Shown piece after piece: positions 25,709-38,741 of a DNA stretch of 64,000 nucleotides; position 1 is the stretch's first letter; each line of letters starts with the position of its first letter. The notes beneath the pieces were generated by a model that was given only the letters and a program-made list of their open reading frames with translations, had not been told where the DNA came from and searched no databases. This DNA comes from Malacoraja senta (Eukaryota). Position numbers and translations under genes: made by a program. The stretch spans positions 40,238,001 to 40,302,000 of the forward strand of contig CM075981.1 in NCBI GenBank assembly GCA_038087875.1, given 5' to 3'.

Positions 25709-26280
25709 AGATTTATGAGGATGTTGCCAGGAATTGAAGGTGTGAGCTTGGGCAGATTAGGGCTTTATTCTTTGGAGCGCAGGAGGATGAGGGTTGATCT
25801 TATAGTGGTCTATAAGATCATGAGAGGAATAGTAGGGTAAATGCAGAGACTTTTACCCAGAATACTGGAACCAAGATCCAGGGGACATAGGTTTAAGGTG
25901 AGAGGCGAAAGATTTAATAAGAATCTGAGGAGAAACGTTTAAACTCAGAGGGTGGTAGGTATACAGAAAAAGCTGCCAGAGGAGGTAGTTGAGACATGTA
26001 CAATAACACCATTTGTAAACATCTTTTCTGCCTGCATGTGATCCGTATCCCTCTATTTCCTGCATTCCCATGTGCCTGTCCAAAAGCCTCTTAAATGCCA
26101 CTATCATATCTGCCACCACCACCACCCTTGGCAGCACATCCCAGGCACCCACCATCCTCTGTGGAAAAACTTGCTCCGCACATCTCATTTAAACTTTGCC
26201 CCATCCCAGTTTAAAGCTATTCCCTCCAGTCTTTCACATTTCCACCTTGCACACAGAGAAGAAGAAGTCAAACTGATGCT

Positions 26281-26579
26281 TTAGTTTAGTTTAGAGATAC
26301 AGTGTGGAAACAGGCCCTTCGACCCACCAGGTTCCCTCACATCAACACTGCCCTACATACAGGAGAAACTGTTTTTACACTATACCAAGCAAATTAACTT
26401 ACAAATCTGTACATCTTTGGAGTGTGGGAGGAAACCGAAGAACTCGGAGAAAACCCACCCGGTCACGGGGAGAACGTACAAACCCCGTACAGACAGCACC
26501 CGTAGTCGGGATGGCACCCGGGTCTCAGGCACGGCAAGCGCTGTAAGGTACCAACTCTACCGCTGCACCACCATGCCGC
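26281..26579 (-). mobile_element. tRNA-derived V-type SINE (HE1-like)
   Basis: tRNA-like head, central GTTTGTACGTTCTCCCCGTG motif, CR1-like 3' end, (CTAAA)n tail. Confidence 0.8.
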
Positions 26580-28389
26580 TTTGAGTCATTGCAAAGTTTT
26601 GTTAGTCAGGACAGGTTTGGTTCTCTTATTAAGAAGTTGAATAAACAAGCCAACTGAAAAAAGCATGGCCTTGAAAATGTACGTTATCCCAATGAAATTC
26701 GGCAACTTGGTAGCAGTTCCTTCTTGCTCAAGTAATGGGCGGATGTAGGTACGAGGGAAGAGTGAGTATTGATCGTTCTGCTATGTATATAATTTTATAA
26801 CTCTCTAATAATTTTGTTGCTTTGGTTGTCCAGTAAGAACTACAGAAAGACCCCCTCTCCCATGCTATCTTGGAATAACATTCTTAATTTGTTTGTTCTT
26901 ATTTGTTACTGATCGTCTACAACATCTATGTTGCATTCAAAATACCACGTTAAACAACAATCTTTTTTAAAGAACAGTAGTTGTCATTTGAAAGAAAGAG
27001 CAGACTTCTTTGTACAAACGAGCCACTGTTTCAGTCTTTCCCTCTGTATTTTCCCTTTATTTAGTTCTGGTTGAATGATTACTCCATATGTTCCCCCTCC
27101 CCCCCCCCCCCCCCTCACCAAAGGCAGGAAAGGTTCATTGATTTATTCCAGATGTTGGCGCTCTCTCCCAAGTGGTAGATTCCAGGGTTACAGCATCTGT
27201 GGATTCTGTGGAGAAAATTCACTGGCAAAAAGCTCTGGCTAAACATGTACTCACGAGTGCAGAGAAGGTTTCTTAACACATCCATTCAGGAATCCATTGG
27301 AATTTTAATGAAAAGCAGATGCGATCAGCAGGCAAGAACAGCGTTCGGAATACGGAGACTCCCAATTCTCAGCTGTTCGGAAAAGTCAGTTCAGGATGGA
27401 ATTGAGCATTCCAACACCCTTGGGAAATGCCAAGGGTTTAGAGAGAGGGTATGTCCATGCGCTGCGTTACTGTTCAGATGTCTTGCATTTCTATTCCTAT
27501 TTCTATAGAAACCGCTATTTCTATTGTCATCAGAAGAAAGGGTTTCATCTTGTAAACTACTTCCCAGTATATCCAGTAAGGAGTTCAGAAGAATCTATTG
27601 TTAGCTGGCAATGACTCTGAATGTGGAACTAAGTACCACATGGTTAGATACTTTGAAGGAGAAGGTGAAATCATGGAAGAGGAATGGAAATATGTGCAGT
27701 TAGGGTCGATAAAGAAGGATGGCTGAGTGACGTAGCAAGTAGTGCTGTTTGCCGCACAACACCAGAGACTTGGCTCAATCTTAACCTCAAATGCTGTCTG
27801 TGTGGAGTTTGTGTGTCCCTCGTGTGACAACATGGGCTTCTCTCGAGCGCTCGGCTTTGCTCCCATATTTGAAAGACATGATGGTTGATCGTTTAATTGG
27901 TCTCTGTACATTATTACCCTGGATGGTGGGTGGGCCAAAAGAAAAAAGGTTATTGGGGGATGCAGAAAGAGGAATGGGATTGATGGGATTGCTCTAAAAA
28001 GAAGAGCAGATTCCGTAGGCCAAATGGCCTCCTACGAATAATATGAAATGTTCGCATGAACTTCGCATAGCAAATGGCCCGTGCCTGTGTAAGGCATAAT
28101 ACAGATTTCAGTTTAGTTTATTGTCACGTGTACCGAGGTACAGTGGAAAGCTTTTGTTGTGTGCTAACCAGTCAGCGGAAAGACAATACATGATTACAAT
28201 CCAATCAATTTGTCCTTTGTTGTCTGTTCAGTATGCAGGAGGAATATTAATTCATAATCTACAAAATGTTAGAAGTATTGTCAGGAGGATGTAGTTCCTC
28301 CATAGAAGTAACTTGTACAAAGGGTGAAACCCATTGGTTTTAAAAGCCAGGCCTGGCTTCAACTTAACCAAGGCATCTGACATCGCATC

Positions 28390-29095
28390 ATATCTCTTTA
28401 AAACGCCATGCACACCAAAAACGCACATCAACACTTCTACTTCCTTGAAGGCTTAGGAAGGTTTGGGATGTCCCCTACAACTCTCACCAACTTCAACAGA
28501 TGCGCTGCAGAAAGCATTTGATCGAGATGCATCACAACATGGTTTGGGAACAGCTCCATCCAAGACCACAAGAAATTGCAAAGAATTGTGGACGCAGCCC
28601 AGACCATCGCACAAACCAATCTCTCTTCCATTGACTCCATTTATACCTCACGCTGCCTCGGCAAGGCCAGCAGCATAATCAAAGACGAGTCGCACCCTGG
28701 CCACTCCCTCTTCTCTCCTCTCCCATCAGGCAAAAGGTATGAGAACGAACACCTCTAGATTCAGGGACAGTTTCTTCCCAGCTGTTATCAGGCAACTGAA
28801 CCATCCTAACAACAACTAGAGAGCAGCCCTGAACTACTAGTGTATCTGCACACTGTGAATGGCTCGATTGTAATCATGTGTAGGAAGGAACTGCAGATGC
28901 TGGTTTATACCGAAGATAGACACAAAATGCTGGAGTAACTCAGCGGGGACAGACAGCATCTCTGAAAGAAATGGGTGACGTCGAGTTGAGACCCTTCATC
29001 AGAGTTTATTGTCTTTCTGCTGACTGGTTAGCACCCAACAAAAGTTTCTCTGTACCTTGGTACACGTGAGAATGAACTAAACTCAGCAAACTCAA
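28390..29095 (+). mobile_element. Rex1/Babar-type LINE 3' part with nested PLE end (28877-29005)
   Basis: LQRIVDAAQTIAQTNLSSIDSIYTSRCLGKASSIIKDESHPGHSLFSPLPSGKRY. Confidence 0.8.
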
Positions 29096-29289
29096 ATGTG
29101 AAATTAAATTAGGCTTGAAATTCGCAGCAGGGGAAAAAAGCATCTGTGAAGGAAGAAACAATATCAATATTTCTGGCTGATGACAGATCATCAGTACTCA
29201 TGAAGATTATTCAACTGAAAAGTGGACTTTTTCATTTCTTTTTACTCCCTTTTACATTGTAGGACAGGCTCCTTCGTGTTGCTTATTTA

Positions 29290-29753
29290 TGGGCCTGCCC
29301 ACTTAGGCGATTTTTGGGGGCGACTACAGGCAACTGCCGCAAAATTTTCAACATGTTGAAAACATTTCAGCGAGAGTGGTGACAATTTTTGCTGTCGTAG
29401 ATTGATGTAGGTTGACGTAGGTTGACGTAGGTGTTGTCGCAGCTTGTCGTAGGTTGTCTTAGGTGCTGTCATAGGTTGTCGCCAGGTGTCGTAGTTGAAT
29501 TCCTTTAGAACTAGTCCCTGGCAGTCGCCTGAAGGGCATGTCCCACTTGGGCGTCATTTGCGCGTCATTTACGCGACATCATTTACGGATCACGACGCAC
29601 GTGATGCGCGCATGGTGCGTGGTGACGTAGGCAGTGACGCGCGGTCGCGCGCGCAGCCCCAGGATTTTGGGATGCACAAAATCTTCGCGAGCCATCTGAG
29701 TGATGCGCAAATGACGCCCAAATGGGACAGGCCCTTAAAGAGTCTCCTAAGTG
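29290..29753. mobile_element. Harbinger MITE with a second Harbinger MITE (29533-29735) nested near its right end
   Basis: Outer left TIR TGGGCCTGCCCACTTAGGCG; inner TIRs AGGGCATGTCCCACTT and ATGGGACAGGCCCT flanked by TGA/TAA. Confidence 0.78.
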
Positions 29754-30139
29754 TGCGTTGGAGTTGCCAGGTCACGGGCTGTGATTTAGTGTCTCATATC
29801 TATGGTCCGAAAGAGATATATTTTCACATTGTGGGCTTCCACCTCATAATACCCTTGTGAGTGATAGTTTATAAATATGCATTCATGGAATTTTTACCAT
29901 AAAACTGTTTTTCAATTGTGTATTGCTGGAAAAATAATAATCATTTTATTTTTCTGGAATAAACAGGGAGTCGGAAATTCCTGGCGTCAATTGCTCTTAT
30001 GCCCCTGACTGTTTCTGTGCCAAATATACATGAGATAACATCATTTCCTCTGCATTTCTATTTCTGAAGTATTATTACAGGGGGTTATTGGACTTGGTTT
30101 TCACTTTTCACTCCACCACCACATAGCAGCGAGCAGCGA

Positions 30140-31198
30140 TAATGAAAGGCAACGGAATCAAACTACCAGTCACATCCACCCCTCCCCATCCCTTCCCACT
30201 TTCTGCAAAGACCACTCTCTCCATGACCTCCGGGTACCCTCATCATTTGCAGTTACAGTTCAGTTTATTGTCACGTGTACCGAGGTACAGTGAAAAGCTT
30301 TTGTTGCGTGCTATCCAGTCAGCAGAAAGACAATACATGATTACAATCGATCCATTTACAGTGTACAGATACATGATAAGGGAACAGGAGTTTAAGAAGA
30401 TTGTGGTTAAAGTAAGAAATTTTGCTGTAGAGTAGAGATTTAAGAGTGTGGAACGATTGTAATATGCGATTGTAGATCTGCTTCTGTGACTAGCACGCAA
30501 ATAGTCGCCTGGGATGGGCACCATCTTGGAAGCAATTTCCCCATCCACAATATGCCATTCACCTGGCCCATTCACCTGGCCCAATCACCTGGCCCATTCA
30601 CCTGGCCCATTCACCTGGCCCGTTCCACTGCAACTTCTCAAATTACCAACCAAGGTCTTCCACATCAGGCAAAGACTCACATGCACCACCTCCAACCTCA
30701 TCTACCCATTTGGTGTTACTGATGTGAGTCTTCCACATTGGTGGGTCCAACCCTAGAATAAGCAATCGTTTTACGGAGCACCTGTGTTCTACCAGCAGTG
30801 GCCATTTCATCTCCCCTTACCATACTCGCACTCCCTGGTCTGTACTCAGCCTCCATTGCCACGGTGAGGCCAAATTAATCTCAAAGAACAACACCTCATA
30901 TTCCCTCTGGGTTCTACAACCCAATGGTATGAAATTGATTTTTCCAATTTGAGGTAACCCACATCCCATTATCTCTCCTGGTCCATGCAGGTTCTCTCAC
31001 CTCCCCCTTCCTTATTCTAAACATAGACACAAAGTTGGAGTACCCAAGGGGTACCCAAGAGACAGCATCTCTGGAGAAAAGGATTTGGTCACGACCTGAA
31101 ACATTTTCTCCAGAGATGCTGTCTGACCCGCTGAGTTACTCCAGCTTTTTGTGTCTTAACTTCGGTTTAAACCAGCATCTGCTGTTCCTTCCTACACA
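30140..31198 (+). mobile_element. Old Penelope-like fragment plus a palindromic PLE end (31023-31198)
   Basis: KVFHIRQRLTCTTSNLIY peptide; terminal arms. Confidence 0.65.
30555..30621. repeat. Minisatellite, 13-bp unit CCATTCACCTGGC x5
   Basis: Direct reading; one unit has a single substitution. Confidence 0.9.
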
Positions 31199-32034
31199 CC
31201 TTTGTTATTCCAGTTTTGTTCCCGTCCCCCACCTGATTCCACCATCTATACATCGCTCACATACTTAATCTACCGTGTCTCTTACATCCTACATCATCCT
31301 GGCGACAGCCTACGACAGCACCTACGTCAGGAGAAGTCAAGCTACGCTCACTGGCGTCAAGCCAACTGTCGCGGAAAAGTTTTAAACATTTCAAACTCCA
31401 GCGGCGACCAGAAAAACGCTACGATTCTTTGGGCGACTGAGGAGACTATGTGTTGCCTGTCCCTTCCAGCATTTTGTGTCTATCTTATATATGTGTTCAA
31501 TATTGAGCACAAGAACAAATGAAACACAGAAAGAGTAGGTCATTTGGTCTTTTGTGTCTAATTGTGTTTAAAATCATGACTAATCTATTACCCAGCACAA
31601 TTTAATTATATTAACTCCATAATGCTTTGAATTCCTTAACACCCAATGATTACTCATCTCTGCCTTGAATACACTGAGCAACTAAGCTTCACAGAGCTTA
31701 AGCAGAGAATGCCAAGTTTCACTGTGTCGCTGAGAACATTTCTTCTCATCTGTCCTGAATGCTTTCTTATTTTGAGACAGTGGCTGCTGGCTCCAGATAA
31801 TCCAGCCTGGATAACATCATCCCTGCACCTATTTTGCCATTTTAACATCACTGAAGAATGTTGTGCATTTTAATAAGAATATCTCTCATTCTTCTTATCA
31901 CAAGAAGGTAGAGGCCTAATCTGGTTAATCCTCGCTCATTAGAGAAACATGCCATCCCAGGAACCCTTTGCTGCATTCCATCCACTGCAGGAATAACGTT
32001 CCCTGGGCAGGGGAGCAATATTCTCTCAGTCTTC

Positions 32035-32820
32035 ACTCAGTGAACACCTCTGCTCAGTCCGCCTAAACCAACGCGATCTCCTGGTAGCCAAACACTTTAA
32101 ACTCCCCCTCCCATCCCCACACTGACCTTTCTGCCCTGGGTCTCCTCCATTGTCAGAGTGAGGCCCAATGCAAATTGGAGGAACAGCACCTCATATTTTG
32201 CTTGGATAGTTTACACCCCAGCGGTATGAACATTGACTTCTCTAACTTCAAGTAACCCTTGCTTTCCCTCTCTCCCCATCCCTCCCCCTTCCCAGTTCTC
32301 CCACCAGCCTTACTGTCTCAAACTACATTTTATCTGTTTGCTTTGTTGTTACCTTTTCCCAGCTAACAATGATCTATTCTACATTTCCTTGATCTCCATT
32401 CCCTTTGTCACGTTTGTACGCTTTACACTTCCTTATCTACGTATCTCCTGCTCCCCTGACATCAGTCTGAAGAAGGATCTCGACCTGAAACGTCACCCAT
32501 TCCTTGTCTCCAGAGATGCTGCCTGTCCTGCTGAGTTAAGTGCCTGTCCCACTTGGCCATCATTTGCGCGTCATGCAGATGGCGCGCAAAGATTTTGTAC
32601 ATCACAAAATCCTGCGACGCCGCACGCAACCGCGCGTCACTGCCAATGCCAACACACACCATGCGCGCGTAATGCACACCATGCGCGCATCACGTGCGTG
32701 TCGTGCGTCGTGACGGGTAAATGATGTCGCGTAAATTATGGCCAAGTGGGACATGCCCTTTACTCCAGCATTTTGTGTCTATCTTCGGTTTAAACCGGTA
32801 TCTGTAGTTCCTTCCTACAC
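32035..32820 (+). mobile_element. Penelope-like 3' fragment (GIY-YIG C-terminus, pLTR, tail)
   Basis: EHLCSVRL..VAKHFNSPSHPHTDLSALGLLHCQSE..LEEQHLIF; hammerhead-like motif at ~32467. Confidence 0.8.
32539..32759. mobile_element. PIF/Harbinger-type MITE
   Basis: Splits the PLE sequence CTGAG-TTA-CTCCAG; perfect TTA duplication at 32536-32538 and 32760-32762. Confidence 0.9.
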
Positions 32821-33124
32821 AATATTCCAGTTGCTGTCTCACGAGGCCCCCACCCCCGTATTACTGCAGCTGGATATCTCTATCCTTGTACTCGTATCAT
32901 CTTGCAGTAATAATTTGCCTCGCAAGTTGTTTGCTGCCCCTGCACATTAACTTGATTTGTAGGACATCAAGGTTCCTCTGAACATTAACTTCCTTCAATC
33001 TCTCACCATTTAAAAAAATACTCCACAATCCTCTACCAATGTGGATGGCTTCACAGTTGTTCACATTATATTCTATTTGCAATGTTCTTGCCCCTTCATT
33101 TCGTCTGCCGATATTCTCGTGAGA

Positions 33125-33422
33125 TTTAGTTTAGTTTAGTTTAGAGATACAACGCGGAAACAGGCCCTTCAGCCCACCGAGTCCGCACCGACCAGCGATC
33201 CCCGCACACTAACACTATCTACACACTAAGGCCAATTTACATTCACGCCAAGCCTACCAACCTGTACGTCTTTGGAGTGCGGGAAAAAACCGAAGATCTT
33301 ACGGAAAACCCACGCAGGTCACGGGGAGAACGTACAAACTCTGTACAAACAGCACCCATAGTCAGGATCGAATCCGGGACTCTGGCGCTGTAAGGCAGCA
33401 ACTCTACCGCTGCGCCACCGTT
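33125..33422 (-). mobile_element. tRNA-derived V-type SINE (HE1-like)
   Basis: Minus strand: A box TGGCGCAGCGG, B box GATTCGATCC, V-like core, CR1-like tail. Confidence 0.85.
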
Positions 33423-33636
33423 CCTCCCTTAGCATCCTCTCCACAGCCTACTATATGAGCTTGTTATGTATCAGCAGCAGGCTTAACTAGTTTACACCCG
33501 ACTGTGTCACCCAAATTATTGATATAGGATGCCAACATTTGGAACCCCCTTGCAATATCTGACACGCCTCACTGGTCCCAATTTTCCAAACAAAAATATT
33601 CCCTTTTCGAAAAAAACCTTTGTTTTTTGTCTGTTA

Positions 33637-34130
33637 TGCCCCTGTCCCACTTAGGCGATTTTTTAGGCGATTAGGCTGTCGCCACAAGGTCGTTGGGGTG
33701 TCGCCTGTATGGTTGTGTGTGGTCTCCTCAGTCGCCCAAAGAATCGTAGCATTTTTCTGGTCACCGCTGGATATTGAAATGTTCAAATCTTTTTGGCGAC
33801 AGTTGGCTTGACGCCAATGAGCGTAGCTTGACTTCTCCTGACGTAGGTGCTGTCGTAGGTTGTTGCCAGGATGATGTAGGTTGTCGCCGGTGCTGACTTT
33901 GGTGGATTCCATTGGCGACTACCTACGTCAAATGGCGACTGAATTGTCTTACCTTGTCGTAGCTTGTCGTAGGTGTGGTCGTAGGTGAACGTCGCCGGTT
34001 GTCGGTAGCTTGCCGTAGCTGGATGTCGACTAGGTTGTAGGTTGTTGTAGACATTGCCGTAGGGGATTTTTCGATGACCTGGTACGACTATGACAGTCGC
34101 CGAAAAAATCGCCCAAGTGGGACAGGCCCA
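33637..34130. mobile_element. PIF/Harbinger-type MITE
   Basis: TIRs ...CCTGTCCCACTTAGGCG and CGCCCAAGTGGGACAGGCCCA; perfect TTA duplication at 33634-33636 and 34131-34133. Confidence 0.9.
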
Positions 34131-34704
34131 TTACAATCTATAACGCACATCAGAGAATTCCCCACTATACCATGTGCTCTAATTTTGGTTACTAAGCTCT
34201 AATGTGACACCTCATGATAGGCCTTATGAAAATCCAAAAATACCACACAAACTAGTTTGCCCTTGCGTATTCTGCTAGTTTAAATTTAAAAATTCCACAT
34301 TTAGTTTCAGCTTTATTATTGTCACGTGTAGAGACCTTACAAAAACCTTTACTTTGCATGCTATGCCAACCGATCAGAAAATGCTATACATAAATACAAT
34401 CAAGACAAACTCAAGTACAACAAAGCAAAAGATGGAGTGCAGAATATAGTTCTCAGCATTGTAGCGATTTGTCAATTCCATTTCCTAATTCCATGCTGAT
34501 TCAGTTCAAACCTGCTGTCTATTTCCCACTTTCCCTGTTACCATTTTCACAATAGTGGATTCGACTTTATTTTGTACTTTGACATCTGTTCAATGACACA
34601 TTGTTTTTTCTCTTCCTCTTTGCTGAAATACTGAGTGCACACATATCAACTGCAAATATACATAGTTATAATCATTTGTCATTAATGACATCATTTATAA
34701 TTGA

Positions 34705-35670
34705 TGTTTCCACTAGTGGGAGAGTCTAGGACTAGAGGGCATAGCCTCAGAATTAAAAGACGTTCCTTTAGGAAGGAGATGAGGAGGAATTTCTTTAGTG
34801 AATCTGTGTAATTATTTGCCATTAAAGGCTGTGGAGGCCAAGTCAATGGTTATTTTTAAGGCAGAGATAGATAGATTCTCAATTAGTGAAGGATATCAGA
34901 GGTTATGGGGAGAAGGCAGAAGAATTGGGTTAGGAGGGAGAGATAGATCAGCCATGATTGAATGGCGAAGTAGACCTGATGGGCTGAATGGCCTAATTCT
35001 GCTCTGATCACTTATGACCTTATGATCTTATAATCTGCAAGGTACTGTGAGTATTGAAATGTGAACCGGTGGTCTCGAGTTTTGTGTGTACTCTAATGGG
35101 TTTATGCAGTATATCGATGACAGCGAGATGCCAAGTATTATCTGATTCACTGGCTGCATGTGCTCCAAACTTTAATTTAACCGAGACCCATGGCATTTGT
35201 GCCAAGACTGAACGCTGTATTTTTGAGTTTGAACATTTGCTGCCCAGTACTTCACTGCAATACTAGTCATGAGGGCCATCAGCCCCAGGGCTGGAGAACA
35301 AGGAGAGACAAATAAAGTCAGTAATATCAGGACAGAAGGATGGCTAGTGAGGAGTGTGAAGGGATTACCAACACAGATGGGTCCCATATCTGAGGAAGGA
35401 TGAGCTGGTTCTGGAGAGGGGCCAGAGGAGGTTTATACGAATGATCCCAGGAATGAGTCGGCTAACCTATGATGAGCATTTGACGGCACTGGGCCTGGAC
35501 TTGCTGGAATTTAGAACGATGAGGAGGGACCTTGTTGAAACTTACCAAATAGTGAAAGTGGATGTGGAGAGGATATTTCAACCATTGGGAGTGTCGACCA
35601 ACAGTCAGGCCCAACAGTTTTTCGGCGACCTGCTACGACTATGACAGTCGCCTAAGTGGGACAGGCCCAT
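34705..35670 (+). mobile_element. CR1 fragments (34705-35030, 35360-35590) and a solo Harbinger MITE right end (35590-35670)
   Basis: CR1 C-terminal peptides; CCTAAGTGGGACAGGCCCA-TAA. Confidence 0.65.
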
Positions 35671-36112
35671 AAGGGGCTACAAAATAAAAGCATAACGTGT
35701 AGGGAATACCCAGCAGATTAGGTCGCACTTGTGGAAAGACAAACATACAGCATTGGCTAAATGACCCTCCATCAGAGCTCATAAGTGAGAAAACAAGTAT
35801 GTTTTAAGCTGCAGCCAGTTTTGGGGTGTGCGCAGAGAACAAAAGGATTATCTGTGATAGGGTGAAGATCAAGTTTATCTAGAAGAAATAATTGGTTTTG
35901 ATAGTACCCTATTACTCAAGTGAGACAGTTTGATCATCTGGTGCAGTATAAATAACGGCAGGTGAATGTGGGCACAGGTAATGAAAATACATTTGCTGGA
36001 ACTGTGTGATGCAGAACACAGCATTTACTAGAAATCAGCATCAAATCAGGAAGCATCTGTGGAGAGAGAGAATTGAATAAATGCTGCAGCCGTCTAACCT
36101 TCCATCAGTATG

Positions 36113-36328
36113 TGTAGGAAGGAACTGCAGATGCTGCTTTATATCGAAGATAGACACAAAATGCTGGAATAACAGTGGGACAGGCAGCATCTCTGGAGAG
36201 AAGGAATGGGTGACGTTTTGGTTCGAGACCCTTCTTCCGATTCAGTCTGTGGAAGGGTCGCGACCCGAAACGTCACCCATTCCTTCTCTCCAGAGATGCT
36301 GCCTGTCCCGCTGAGTTACTCCAGCATT
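36113..36328. mobile_element. Palindromic PLE terminal insertion
   Basis: Inverted arms meeting at ~36240, each with a degenerate hammerhead motif. Confidence 0.75.
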
Positions 36329-36519
36329 GAGTGTTTCATCAGAACTGGCCAGTTCAGGAAAAGCAAGAGCACATGGAGCACATCAATTCCATAGACAAAT
36401 ATCCATAGCTTCTCATCCATGATGGATGAGAAGCTTAAGTCTCCTCTGAGGCCTGAACAGAGGTGTTCTGCAAAGCAATTAACCAGATCCAAAATTATTG
36501 AAGTTAGTAGATGTAGAAG

Positions 36520-37197
36520 AAGGCAATGGAAGCAACCACATTGATTTGACAGCCATGAAGCCACGCCTCTACCTCCTCAGCAGACTGAAGAAATTCAGCA
36601 TATGTCCAATGACTGTCGTAAACCTCTACAGTTGCATCATAGAAAGTATGATGTTGGGTTACATAACAGCTTGGCCTGGGTACAGCTCTGCCCAGGACCA
36701 CATAAATTGCAGGGCATTGTAGATGTAGCTCAATCCATCACACAGACCAGGCTTACAACCATTGCCTCTATCTACACTTCACGCTGCCTTGAAAAGCAGC
36801 CAACATAATCAAAGACTTGTCCTACCCCATTCATTCTTTCGTCTTGCTCCAATCTGACAGGAGGCACAGAAGCTTGAAGATGCGCATAACCAGACTCAGG
36901 AACAATTTATCTCCCTTGTGTTATCAGCCTTCTGAATGGTCCTTGCATAAAGTTGGGTTCCGCTTGATTCACCTCTACCCCAATTGAGGACATTGGACTT
37001 TGTCTGTGGAATTGATGTGCTCCAGTGCTGAGAACTATATCCTGCACTCTGTATCTTCCCCTTGGCTTCATCTGTTGTACTTGAGTTTGAACTGAGTGGA
37101 TCTATGCGTCATATATCTGATCATGTCTGGATGACATGCAAGACAAAGCTTTTCACTGTACCTCAGTACTTGTGACAACAATAAAGCTGAACTGAAA
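36520..37197 (+). mobile_element. Rex1/Babar-type LINE 3' part
   Basis: RLYLLSRLKKFSICPMTVVNLYSCIIES..ITAW peptide; AATAAA and tail at ~37180. Confidence 0.75.
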
Positions 37198-38138
37198 GAT
37201 GCTATTTCTTCATCTTACATTGTCCTTTGTTGGAGTAATGTAGAAGAACAAATGCAGAGAGATCCGAGTAGGAGTGAGATGAAGAAAGATGATGGATGAG
37301 AAGCTTAAGTCTCCCCTGAGGCCTGAACAGAGGTGTTCTGCAAAGCAATTAACCAAGCTGGGTTATTTTACTTTCAATAAAGAGGAACCCACATCCTGAG
37401 CACCAAACACTATACTTTAAATTGGATCCAGAAACATGGACTCTTTTTTCTTCACAGATTCCACATGACTAGCTGAATATCCCCAGCATTTTCTATTTAA
37501 TTTAGATTTCCAGCATCTGCAGATTTCTTTGCTTTTCAATCAATTTACTCTTTACTGTCAGTAACCGAATCATACAACAGAATGATTTCAAAAGTACTTT
37601 TATTAATTGTAAGGTAGACAAATGTAATTTGGGAATGCTTTGAAACCGAATGAAAGTTTAGATATAAATGACAGTCTTTCTTTTCTAACATTATCATTGA
37701 AGATATGGACTGATGTTTACCTTCTGTCACCTCCTTATTTTATCTGTTGACGTCATATTACATTATTTTAATACGTCACTGGTTTCAATGATGACTTCAG
37801 TTATCCCCAGCCTCAGTTCTTTCTGCAGGTTAGTTGCTTACATTGTATCCTTGTTTTTTGTTCAAATATCTTGTGCTTTGTTTTGAAAGTGAGGATCATT
37901 CATTCTAGGCTGTTCTTATCAAGGAGGGGATTCCATTCCACTCCATAAGCCTCTCTCCAGTTTTACATTGGAGATCTATGTCTTTGCCTAATTTAATTTC
38001 CATTGCAAATGTAACCTCAATATATTTAAGTAATTATGGAAATTGCTCTCTTTCTCTCTCCCTTCCAACTTTTGTTTTGTTTCCGTATTTATCTTCTCAT
38101 TTAATAAATCCCAAATGGTTTCCGATTAGAGTGTCGAT

Positions 38139-38372
38139 CAAGGGATCCCAACCTGGGGTAACTTTACCCCCACGGGATAAATTTTGTTTACCCAGGGGGT
38201 AAATTTGTTGATTCTGGATTAGTACATATTTGTTCTCATTGACTGACTGTGTTTGGTTCTGGTATACCGGTATCTGTTCATCATTAGTTGTTCATAAATA
38301 AGTGAAATAACATTGTTATGTGCTATTAAAGTTGCCAGGGGTAAACGGGACGAAAAAGGTTAGGAACCCCTG
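38139..38372. mobile_element. hAT (Charlie-like) MITE
   Basis: TIRs CAAGGGATCCCAACCT and AGGTTAGGAACCCCTG; 8-bp duplication GTGTCGAT/GTGTAGAT. Confidence 0.85.
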
Positions 38373-38741
38373 GTGTAGATGCTGGAGTTGTAACCTCCCA
38401 CTGTTTCTCATCTGAACTTTCCATTAGTTCTCTCCACTGCTAATCCAATCCAAATGTAGTTTTGCCTCCTTCCATCAGTATAATCTGAATTATTCCAGCA
38501 ACAGACTACATTTTGTTCTGTCTCATAAGGCCTGCTACAATGTGGGAAGCCTGTTCAGTTTAGTTTATTGTCACGTGTACCGTGGTACAGTGAAAAGCTT
38601 TTGTTGCGTGCTAACCAGTCAGCAGAAATTGAGCCATTTACAGTGCTTATTTTTCATGAGTGGGGATGATCTGGAATCACGTTGTCCACTGAGGTCACCA
38701 TTAACATGACAGAGAAGTTGTGCATGAATAGGCCAAGAATT

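Noticed and set aside
33350-33422. tRNA genes
   Set aside because: The A/B-box heads are fused to SINE bodies and CR1-like tails in every copy.
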